From an uncultured Gammaproteobacteria bacterium (GTDB taxonomy: Bacteria > Patescibacteriota > Microgenomatia > Levybacterales > GWA1-39-11): 64,000 bases of DNA. The notes beneath the pieces were generated by a model. The model saw only the letters and a list, made by a program, of their open reading frames with translations. It made no database searches and was not told the origin of the DNA. Shown in pieces: positions 51,026 to 58,443 of the stretch (its first letter is position 1; the number at the start of each line of letters is the position of its first letter). The position numbers and the translations under genes were made by a program. The stretch covers positions 70,362 through 134,361 of the forward strand of contig CAYPEN010000001.1 of NCBI GenBank assembly GCA_964409875.1, in the 5' to 3' direction.

Positions 51026-51127
51026 TAATTTTGATTGGTAAAACGGCAAACTTGTTTACCGTTGAGCCAATCACCCTAATTTTGATTGGTAAAACGGCAA
51101 ACTTGTTTACCGTTGAGCCAATCACCC
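51007..51127. repeat. tandem repeat, 51-nt unit x ~2.4, each unit starting with the first 19 nt of tRNA-Ile
   Basis: accgttgagccaatcaccc + taattttgattggtaaaacggcaaacttgttt repeated. Units contain two inverted repeats (ccaatca/tgattgg; aacggtaaac/gtttgccgtt). Confidence 0.85.
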
Positions 51128-51277
51128 AATATTAAACTTCGGAAGATAATTATATCAAAATTGCCTCAAAAGAGCCATATTATTCTTCTTGCCATTTATC
51201 AATCCGTTTGCTAATCTTATGTATCTTTAGTTTGGTTCCTAACTACTTGCTACCAACTACAAACTACTAATTACATT

Positions 51278-51847
51278 ATGGTTTTATCGGACAGAGATAT
51301 CAAAGCATACATTAAGGAGAAAAAAATTGTTATAACCCCTACCCCGGATTTTGCAACGCAGCTGGGGACGTGTTCTCTAGATCTTCGGTTAGGCAACAAA
51401 TTCAGGGTATTTGACCATAGTAAAAATCCCTATCTTGACCCTACGAAAAAAGATTATACAAATGAAATTACCAGTGAGGTTAAAGTAAAAGAGGGTGATG
51501 CATTTATCATGCAGCCAGGGGATTTTGTTTTGGCCGTTACCATGGAACGGGTAAAAATACCGACAGACTTATTGGGTAGACTTGAAGGGCGTTCTTCGCT
51601 TGGAAGACTTGGAATCGTCGTCCATTCAACGGCAAGCATTTTTGATGCCGGTTGGGACGGGCAGTGTGTTTTGGAACTGGGAAATTTGGGAAGAATGCCG
51701 GTCGCTTTGTATCCAGGAATGAGAATTTGCGCGATGGCTTTTGAACAACTTTCATCACCTGCTGAGGTTCCATATGTCAAAAAAACCCACGCTAAATACC
51801 GTTTTCAAAAAGGCCCCCAGGAGAGTAGATACAATCAAGATAAATAA
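51278..51847 (+). CDS. dcd: dCTP deaminase
   Basis: 189 aa. LSDRDI, LDLRLGNKFRVF and GRSSLGRLG motifs collinear with E. coli Dcd. Confidence 0.85.
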   Translation: MVLSDRDIKAYIKEKKIVITPTPDFATQLGTCSLDLRLGNKFRVFDHSKNPYLDPTKKDYTNEITSEVKVKEGDAFIMQPGDFVLAVTMERVKIPTDLLGRLEGRSSLGRLGIVVHSTASIFDAGWDGQCVLELGNLGRMPVALYPGMRICAMAFEQLSSPAEVPYVKKTHAKYRFQKGPQESRYNQDK

Positions 51848-51962
51848 GCCAATAGAGTCATCCTGCACTTGACCATTCTTCAGAATGTCGAAATCCGGGA
51901 TCTCATGGGATCCTGAAACAAGTGGGTGCTCCACACACAGCTACGCCTCAGGATGACGATTC

Positions 51963-53054
51963 CTACAGAACTAGCAAAAATATTCCTCCCAGGATTACTA
52001 TTATTGCCCCACCAATAATTCCAATTGTTTGAGCCATACCGCCCGGTTTTGCTATGGTCGGTGTAGCCGTCGGCGGAATTGGTGTTGCTGTTGCGGTCGG
52101 TACAACTGTAGCAGTTGCGGTGGGTTGCAAGGATGGGGTGGGGGTCTGAGTTGGTGAAATAGTAGCAGTGGGGGTGCTGGTGGGTGTCGGAGATGGAGTT
52201 AAGGTTGCTGTTGGCGTTGGTGTATAGGTAGCAGTAGGAGTGGGGGTGTTGGTGGGAGTTGCAGTGGGGGTATTAGTTGGGGTGGATGTCGTAGTATTTG
52301 TAGGGCTAACAGAAGTTGTTATTGTTGCTGATGGCGTTGCCGTTATTGTTACTGACGGTGTTGTTGTTGCGGTGGGGGTAGCAGTTGGTGTAATTTCCGC
52401 GTCAAGTACAGAACCAAAATCAGTCGTCCAGTACCAATTCTGGTCGTGCGTTGATTGGACGCGCGCAATGCCAATTGCAACAGCTTGCGCGTCTTTCATT
52501 TGCTCCCTGTGGGCATACGTACAGTTATTTCCATTCGCATCCCCGTCGCATCCGTTTTTCCACGCATCGAATGCACTTTGTCCGGTTGGCCCTACCCAAG
52601 CAATATTTTCTGCAATATGGGGAGCGCTATAGCCAAATGAGGGGATTCTTGTATTAATATTTCTGCCTTTCGAATCCACATGGTCTAAGTGTCCTGAAAC
52701 TGCCATGTCATTCGACATCCAGTCGGCCGATTCCGTAAGCTTTACGGAAATTTTCAAAGGGGATAGTCCAAATGTGGCACGGTAATCATTAATCAGTTTT
52801 AAAAAATTCCACTCTTCAGTGTCTATGTCTTTAGTTGAAGTTGTGGTAGTAGTTGAAGGAGTAGTGGTATCATTTCCGCTTGCACGTTGTCTGTTATCTT
52901 GCTGTTGTTTGATAAGAATTGTTGTGATAATAAGAGCTACCAAGACAAAAGTAATTGCACCGATGAGAACGAATTTTTTCTGCACAGTTAATATTACCTT
53001 TTGAACCTTTATAAACGCAATACTGATAGCATTCCGCTTCAAATTTTGATACAC
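51963..53054 (-). CDS. secreted CAP/SCP (PR-1-like) domain protein with Thr/Pro linker and C-terminal hydrophobic tail
   Basis: 363 aa. TM then QQQDNRQRA motif. CAP-like core ([10 protein letters not shown]...[11 protein letters not shown]...AWKNGCDGD). Long TPT repeat. Ends KPGG + 22 hydrophobic residues. Confidence 0.55.
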   Translation of the reverse strand: MYQNLKRNAISIAFIKVQKVILTVQKKFVLIGAITFVLVALIITTILIKQQQDNRQRASGNDTTTPSTTTTTSTKDIDTEEWNFLKLINDYRATFGLSPLKISVKLTESADWMSNDMAVSGHLDHVDSKGRNINTRIPSFGYSAPHIAENIAWVGPTGQSAFDAWKNGCDGDANGNNCTYAHREQMKDAQAVAIGIARVQSTHDQNWYWTTDFGSVLDAEITPTATPTATTTPSVTITATPSATITTSVSPTNTTTSTPTNTPTATPTNTPTPTATYTPTPTATLTPSPTPTSTPTATISPTQTPTPSLQPTATATVVPTATATPIPPTATPTIAKPGGMAQTIGIIGGAIIVILGGIFLLVL

Positions 53055-53065
53055 TTACCGCTAAT

Positions 53066-53137
53066 GGCGCGGTGGCGAAGTGGTAACGCGGGGGTCTGCA
53101 AAACCTCTATGCGAGGGTCCGATTCCCTTCCGCGCCT
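53066..53137 (+). tRNA. tRNA-Cys (anticodon GCA)
   Basis: Manual fold. Acceptor GGCGCGG/CCGCGCC. Anticodon loop CTGCAAA. T-arm GAGGG-TCCGATT-CCCTT (one G-U). Confidence 0.7.
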
Positions 53138-53162
53138 CAAATTTTAGTTTACGTTCTTCAGG

Positions 53163-53248
53163 TTGGCGAAGAGATCACTCACCGTTTCACGGTGTAATGC
53201 AGCGGTCTGCAAAACCGCGATGCAGGGGTTCGATTCCCCTCCGCGCCT
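53163..53248 (+). pseudogene. degenerate tRNA-Cys-like copy (intact anticodon arm/T-arm/3' acceptor strand; no matching 5' acceptor strand; ~22-nt insertion in D region)
   Basis: GCGGT-CTGCAAA-ACCGC, AGGGG-TTCGATT-CCCCT and CCGCGCC are present. The 5' side reads GGTTGGCGAAG[agatcactcaccgtttcacg]GTGTAATGCAG. Confidence 0.5.
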
Positions 53249-53415
53249 CACGAAACATCAATTTTTTTAATTCACGAGTTTTCTTTGTTGCCAATGGTGT
53301 TTGGTTTCGCCCCGATTCTCCCCTTCGGGGATCCGGCTTTCAGCATGACCCACGTGCCTCAAAATTCCCCAAACCCCTATAGTATTTTTCTTAATTTGTG
53401 CTATAATTCTTACTT

Positions 53416-53625
53416 ATGGCAAGTCCTGAGAAAGGTGGAGGTGGCGTTATCGAAGCCTACAAAAACGTTAACAGATATGTAATGGCAGGTGCTTTAAGCC
53501 TCGCTTTTTTAGGTGCATTTTTTGCACCTCCTCTTATTGTCCCTGCGCTTGAAATAGCAGCTGCAGAGGGACTAAATCTCATCGGCACCAACTTCATGCA
53601 AAAAGCCTTCACAAAAAGCGGCTAA
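53416..53625 (+). CDS. small membrane protein
   Basis: 69 aa with one TM helix. Confidence 0.3.
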   Translation: MASPEKGGGGVIEAYKNVNRYVMAGALSLAFLGAFFAPPLIVPALEIAAAEGLNLIGTNFMQKAFTKSG

Positions 53626-53846
53626 GACTCTTAAAAACTGTTAGGTAATTATCAAGCTGGGAAGATTGTTTACTGCTACAATTTCCTAATGAAAGAACAA
53701 TATCATCCCACAGAACCTTTAAAAAAGGGTGTTCAAATAACAGCAATATCGGCAATAAAAATTACTGAAGCATTACAACCAAGAATAGAACCAAGAATGC
53801 GAAGAAGTATTATTGGGGCTATATCAATTCTCTTCGGTGAAAATAG

Positions 53847-54215
53847 CTAACGCCGTGTACGAATTCCCTTCACTTTTGTTAGAGGTTTTACCGGATTCTC
53901 GCTTATTGTTGGGGTTGGGGTTGGAGATGCAACAGTTGGCGTTGGTGTTGGAACAGTGGAGGTTGGCAAAACTATTGTCGGAGTAGGCTCGGAAGCTTTT
54001 TGACGTGTGTCTTGTTGCTGGCTTAACTGTTGAATAGTGATTGGGAGAATAAGAAGCGCAATTGCAAAAGCACCAACAGGGATAAGTCCTGTGTAATTTC
54101 TCCCTTTTTTTGGTATTTTTGCTCCACCGCCTGGGATCGGATTTTGAAATGTATCATTCAGTCCAATTTTTGGGGCAAGTGGTCCCTGGAACGAATTTTG
54201 TGGTATTTCTGCCAT
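53847..54215 (-). CDS. small secreted Thr/Pro-rich protein with post-TM QQQDTRQKA motif
   Basis: 122 aa. TM, motif, PTPT linker, basic C-terminus. Confidence 0.4.
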   Translation of the reverse strand: MAEIPQNSFQGPLAPKIGLNDTFQNPIPGGGAKIPKKGRNYTGLIPVGAFAIALLILPITIQQLSQQQDTRQKASEPTPTIVLPTSTVPTPTPTVASPTPTPTISENPVKPLTKVKGIRTRR

Positions 54216-54220
54216 GTTTT

Positions 54221-54829
54221 TTATCGACTCGGAATTACGCTCGTGGAAGAAAGCACGATTTGCATCGGAGTAGTAGTATCAAGAACTGAGAATTTGGTTT
54301 TTTGAGTAGTAACAGCTGATTTTGGCAAGAATGTAACTTTCGTTGAGGTAACCCCTGAGAATTTGTTAGCTGTGAATGATAGTTGTCCGATGCTTGCTTT
54401 GCCAACTTTCTCGGTATCACCAAGCGCAATAGAAAGAGCATAGGAAATTCTTCCTTGTGTCTTGTCAATAGTATTTATTAAGACAATCGGGTTTTGCCCG
54501 AAAAGCTGGCCTGGAACAAGTGGAGTCAGTGTCACATTGGTAAGCGCTGTGGGGTCATACGTAAGCTCAACTTGTGCGCCAGCCACGGATTGGCCGTTAG
54601 TATCAAGAATAATATCCACCTTTTGCGCAGGGGTGCTTTTGGATACGTCCAACAATGGCGTTGAGAAGGAAAGCGAAGCAAAAGGCCGGATGACTACTGG
54701 TGTTGCAGTTACCGTGTTGGAGACTGATTTGCCTAGATTCTGAGTCTGATCTGAGCGAATAGCAACAAAGATAAGAACTCCTGTAATTATTGCGAGAATG
54801 ATAATAAGAATTGTCGTCTTTTTGGGCAT
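54221..54829 (-). CDS. membrane-anchored cohesin-like domain protein
   Basis: 202 aa. N-terminal TM. ~150-aa domain with QKVDIILDTNGQSVAGAQVELTYDPTALTNV and IGQLSFTANK...TSTKVTF resembling type-I cohesin strands. Homologous to the N-terminal domain of 55047..56615. Confidence 0.45.
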   Translation of the reverse strand: MPKKTTILIIILAIITGVLIFVAIRSDQTQNLGKSVSNTVTATPVVIRPFASLSFSTPLLDVSKSTPAQKVDIILDTNGQSVAGAQVELTYDPTALTNVTLTPLVPGQLFGQNPIVLINTIDKTQGRISYALSIALGDTEKVGKASIGQLSFTANKFSGVTSTKVTFLPKSAVTTQKTKFSVLDTTTPMQIVLSSTSVIPSR

Positions 54830-54945
54830 AGATTTAAATGTTCAATTCTTTACGTTGTATAAGAATGGTTGTTTTTTTGGGCATAGATTTAAATGTTCAA
54901 TTCTTTACGTTGTATAAGAATGGTTGTTTTTTTGGCATAGTAGGT
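54819..54945. repeat. 55-bp tandem direct repeat (x ~2.3) duplicating the start codon and first ~9 codons of the cohesin-like gene
   Basis: tttttgggcatagatttaaatgttcaattctttacgttgtataagaatggttg repeated. Each extra copy gives ATG + ~12-15 codons then a stop (MPKKTTILIQRKELNI*). Confidence 0.85.
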
Positions 54946-55046
54946 TTTTATAAGTCTTTCTTCATTATTGCATGCGGAAGTTTTGGAGTCAAAACTTCCT
55001 GAAAAGAGGAAGAAAGTCTTGGCTCCGTTCCCATTCGGTCACTCCG

Positions 55047-56615
55047 CTAGTCTCCATTTCTATTTATCGTGTTATATTGCATGATATTAATGTCATCATT
55101 ATCTTCCGTAGTTACTCCGTCATCATCCAGGTCTCCAAGGATTGCAATATCCCCTGTACAAGCAGTTTGATGGTTAAAGCAGGCCATAACATTCGTAAAG
55201 TCTTGTATATCAAGGGCGTTATTTTGGTCAAGGTCTCCAGTTACAAGTTCTACGACCGGTGTTGCATTGTCCTGCTTTGTCTGGTCGATATGCACTATTC
55301 CGGGAAGTCTTTTCTTTAGAGTGTTGTCCATCCGTACTTTTACTACATAATTGCCGGTCGGTAACGTGGTTCCTATTCCGACACTCCCTTCGTATTGGGC
55401 GGTAGCTGGGTTGAAATCAACAGTGCCCGTCTTTTCTGAGATCTTTGCGGATTCAGAAGACGTACTATCATATACAGACACTTTTACCGTTCTTCTGGTT
55501 CTTACCGGATGGTCATTCTCGCCATTCTTCTTGCTGATACCCGGAAGCTTTAGTGAAAGCTTCAGGCCTGTTTCTCCAGCTGCAAGGGTTACTGTCGGGA
55601 TTTGGGTTGGAGTGACCGTTGAAGTGACGGTTGTTGTGACTGTCGTTGTAACAGTCGTAGTAGTAGTAACTGTAGGAGAATTTGAGTTGCCATTCATATT
55701 GTATGTGCTCTTGTAACATTTAGATGCAACACCATTGTATGTAGTGCAGTCTGCGTTGCCGGCTGCTATTTCTGACCATCCGGATGGTACTGTTTGGGTT
55801 GTAGGGAGACAGTAGTTAATTGAACCATCCGTTTGGACTGTCGGGCAGCCATTATTGGTTCCGCTTGTTCTCTGGTATCCATTAGCGGCCGTGCAAACTC
55901 TTGCCGAAGCTCCGAGATATGTGGAACAATCTGTCTGTGTTGCTGTTTCACCAAGAGCCGTCTCGCAGGCCTCGCCTGTCGGCCTACAGTGATTCTTACC
56001 GTTATTGTAGTCAAAAGATGTATTGTTATTATCGTTGCTTCCCTGACTGCCACCCAGTGTAAAGCTCGCCTTTATGTTGTCTTTGTTATCAACATTAACG
56101 TAGGTACTAATTAATTGTGAGGTTGCTTGAAGGGAGGCTGGGTCGATAGAAACAGTAGCTGTACCGTTTTTTAATGCCTTGAATTTAAATGTGAAAACCT
56201 TCAAGTTATTTCCCATGACGGGGGTAACATTAGGGTTTATCATGACGACTTCAAAAGTTCCATTTTCATTTGATTTTTGTATTGCTTGTAGATTTGTGGA
56301 TTGGGAAGCCTCACTTACTTCAAGTAATGTTCGGTCGTAGAGCAATTTAAAATGAAGGGCACCCACGTCATTTGTTGCTGCGTTCATTATAAGGTCGACA
56401 TTTTGTGCCTGACCTACGGCTATATTGCCTGTTGCAGGAGAAAAATTGAATGTTATTGAAGGAGCAGTATCTGCCCGTTGCCGTAGGTCTTGCTGTTTAA
56501 GCACTTGATTTATGACAAAAGGAAGCGAGAGTGCCGCGATAGCCACAATTCCGGCAATAAGTTTTGGGCGATGGTTTGTGGCAAGCAATTTTAGCTTTGA
56601 GATAAATGGTTTCAT
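55047..56615 (-). CDS. scaffoldin-like protein: cohesin-like N-domain, Cys-rich module, Thr-rich linker, C-terminal dockerin-like repeat pair
   Basis: 522 aa. TM then QQDLRQRA. GALHFKLLYDRTLLEV cohesin-like domain. TVTTT repeats. C-terminal GDLDQNNALDIQDF and GDLDDDGVTTEDNDDINIMQ (DxDxDG Ca-loop pairs). Confidence 0.45.
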   Translation of the reverse strand: MKPFISKLKLLATNHRPKLIAGIVAIAALSLPFVINQVLKQQDLRQRADTAPSITFNFSPATGNIAVGQAQNVDLIMNAATNDVGALHFKLLYDRTLLEVSEASQSTNLQAIQKSNENGTFEVVMINPNVTPVMGNNLKVFTFKFKALKNGTATVSIDPASLQATSQLISTYVNVDNKDNIKASFTLGGSQGSNDNNNTSFDYNNGKNHCRPTGEACETALGETATQTDCSTYLGASARVCTAANGYQRTSGTNNGCPTVQTDGSINYCLPTTQTVPSGWSEIAAGNADCTTYNGVASKCYKSTYNMNGNSNSPTVTTTTTVTTTVTTTVTSTVTPTQIPTVTLAAGETGLKLSLKLPGISKKNGENDHPVRTRRTVKVSVYDSTSSESAKISEKTGTVDFNPATAQYEGSVGIGTTLPTGNYVVKVRMDNTLKKRLPGIVHIDQTKQDNATPVVELVTGDLDQNNALDIQDFTNVMACFNHQTACTGDIAILGDLDDDGVTTEDNDDINIMQYNTINRNGD

Positions 56616-57782
56616 TTATGGAAAAGTGTTGGTTATTTTTAAAACATGGATATTTTTCCAGGCTTGGAATCCGAGAAGGTCAACCGTTTTGTTTGGGCTC
56701 ATGCACGCACTCCTTGTCGTGCTAATTGCATGCAGATACTCCTGTTTCCATACATTAAAGTCGTTCTCGTCAATTTTCCCGTCCTCTACCGGGTCACACG
56801 TAGACCCATTTCCGCCTGCAATTCCGGTGTTGGTCCCACCACTAGCATTGTTATTCGTCCCAGCTGGTGTTATAGGTGGAAGACAATACGTAGCGATACT
56901 AACGGCACCTCCTGAATATGCTCTACAATCGAGTCCAGTTTGACAATCATCTGCACATGCGCATTGGGCGCCGTTTGAAAACGAATGTGACTTGGTGCAT
57001 TGACCTTTGGGAGTTTCACAAATATATACACCTGCTTCTAATTGACATGAAAGTCCAGCAGAGCACTGAGAAGGATTAGCTGAAGGAACACAAGATTGAC
57101 CATTAAGCCTCGTTCCAGCACATCCTGGATCGGTTGTGTTTGTGCAGGTACCAACCGGTGCTGACCCATATTGGCAAACACCGTAAGAAAGGCCAGAGTA
57201 CATTGCACAATATAAATGCTGACCTGAAGAATTCGTGTCGGTTGTATTGCAGCTTGGAAAAGCATTAGGGTCTTGACCAGGTCTCGCACTTTCGGCTGTT
57301 ATAGTGTCGCATGTTTGTCCTTGATAACTGGTTTGAGCAGGGGTAGGACTTTTGGATGGTGAGGGTGAGGGACTTGTGAGAGGTTTAGCTTGAGGGGAGG
57401 GAGAAACTGTAGGGGATGTAAAGGATGGCATCTGGCCATCGCCAGGTATATACGTTATGCCGGGGGTAGGAATGTATTGGTACCCGTCACCATAATATGT
57501 AGTGTTCCCTTGAGTAACTGCCGTATTGTCAGGGACAATTGGATGTTGGTAACTACTTGCACCAGGAATTGCAACACAAAGATAACTTCCGCCTACCAGC
57601 CGATATTCACATCCCCCTTGTTGTGCAAATGAAGTTATAGAAATAGACAACAGGAGAAATGAGATGCCAACAACAATAATTGTTGTTTTATATGAGCGAA
57701 AAACAAATTTCTTCAATAACTTCAAAACCATACAAAATACAACAGGTACTATCATAGTATGTAGTTTGTGAAAAGAAGTCAA
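56616..57782 (-). CDS. Cys-rich secreted protein with C-terminal dockerin-like Ca-binding repeat
   Basis: 388 aa. TM. >25 Cys in the middle (similar to the Cys module of 55047..56615). C-terminal DPVEDGKIDENDFNVWKQEYL. Confidence 0.4.
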   Translation of the reverse strand: MTSFHKLHTMIVPVVFCMVLKLLKKFVFRSYKTTIIVVGISFLLLSISITSFAQQGGCEYRLVGGSYLCVAIPGASSYQHPIVPDNTAVTQGNTTYYGDGYQYIPTPGITYIPGDGQMPSFTSPTVSPSPQAKPLTSPSPSPSKSPTPAQTSYQGQTCDTITAESARPGQDPNAFPSCNTTDTNSSGQHLYCAMYSGLSYGVCQYGSAPVGTCTNTTDPGCAGTRLNGQSCVPSANPSQCSAGLSCQLEAGVYICETPKGQCTKSHSFSNGAQCACADDCQTGLDCRAYSGGAVSIATYCLPPITPAGTNNNASGGTNTGIAGGNGSTCDPVEDGKIDENDFNVWKQEYLHAISTTRSACMSPNKTVDLLGFQAWKNIHVLKITNTFP

Positions 57783-57793
57783 TAGAGGGAGAA

Positions 57794-58393
57794 CTAATGC
57801 TTTGGACGGCGGCTCATTGCCTCCTCCAGCATATCAGACAGGAATTCATCGGTGATATTGGCTTTTGCATTTTCAAAGAATTCTGAAAGGTCTTTCTTGT
57901 GGGAAATTTCATATTCCAACGCTTGTATTGCCATATCCAGCTTGTCCAATTGCCAAAAAATATTTGCCTCAAGCGTTTCGCGCTCTATCATTTCAGAGAA
58001 AAGATTTACTGCTAAATTGGATTTGTCCGTATCCTTGAAAAGTTTTTGGATTCCTTTTTTTTCTTTTTCCTCTTTATCGCGCCTTTTTTGAAGGTCGATT
58101 ATAGCACCTCTTGAAACGACAATATCTCCTGTTTCTATTTCTCCAATATCATGAAGAATTGCCATTTTGACTAACTTATTTATATTAAGCGGATAATTGT
58201 GGCGGTCAGACAGCATGGGTGCAAGCTGGAGAGTTAGAAAACTAAGGCTAAATGTGTGCTCGGCAACACTTTCTGGACTTTCAATGCCATGCATTCCCCA
58301 TCCTGTTCTTGGAATTTTTTTGGACTCGTTGGCACGCAGGAACAAATCGATAAAAGCAGAGTAGTTAATTGCACTATTTCGTTGCTTCGCCAT
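57794..58393 (-). CDS. HD-domain phosphohydrolase (YfbR-like 5'-deoxynucleotidase family)
   Basis: 199 aa. HTFSL...ILHDIGE...D HD motif pattern. Confidence 0.7.
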   Translation of the reverse strand: MAKQRNSAINYSAFIDLFLRANESKKIPRTGWGMHGIESPESVAEHTFSLSFLTLQLAPMLSDRHNYPLNINKLVKMAILHDIGEIETGDIVVSRGAIIDLQKRRDKEEKEKKGIQKLFKDTDKSNLAVNLFSEMIERETLEANIFWQLDKLDMAIQALEYEISHKKDLSEFFENAKANITDEFLSDMLEEAMSRRPKH

Positions 58394-58443
58394 TGAAAGT
58401 TATTTGCTAGTGTACTCTTAATCTCTTATTTTTACAAGTATTT

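Noticed and set aside
50757-51135. ORFs 50757..50960, 50880..51125, 50899..51135, with repetitive peptide sequence
   Set aside because: Produced by the tRNA-Ile gene, its partial copy and the 51-nt tandem repeats.
53163-53248. Second tRNA-Cys copy as a functional intron-containing tRNA
   Set aside because: No 5' acceptor strand able to pair with CCGCGCC exists within 100 nt. A split-tRNA remains a formal possibility and is listed as a finding, not a feature.
53080-53482. ORFs 53080..53382 and 53285..53482
   Set aside because: They overlap tRNA-Cys and its degenerate copy. There is no coding signal.
46045-57782. C-terminal LPXTG-type sortase signals in the surface-protein cluster
   Set aside because: Visual scan of the C-termini found no LPxTG/NPQTN-like motif followed by a TM and a basic tail. 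Hence the focus on the N-terminal motif instead.
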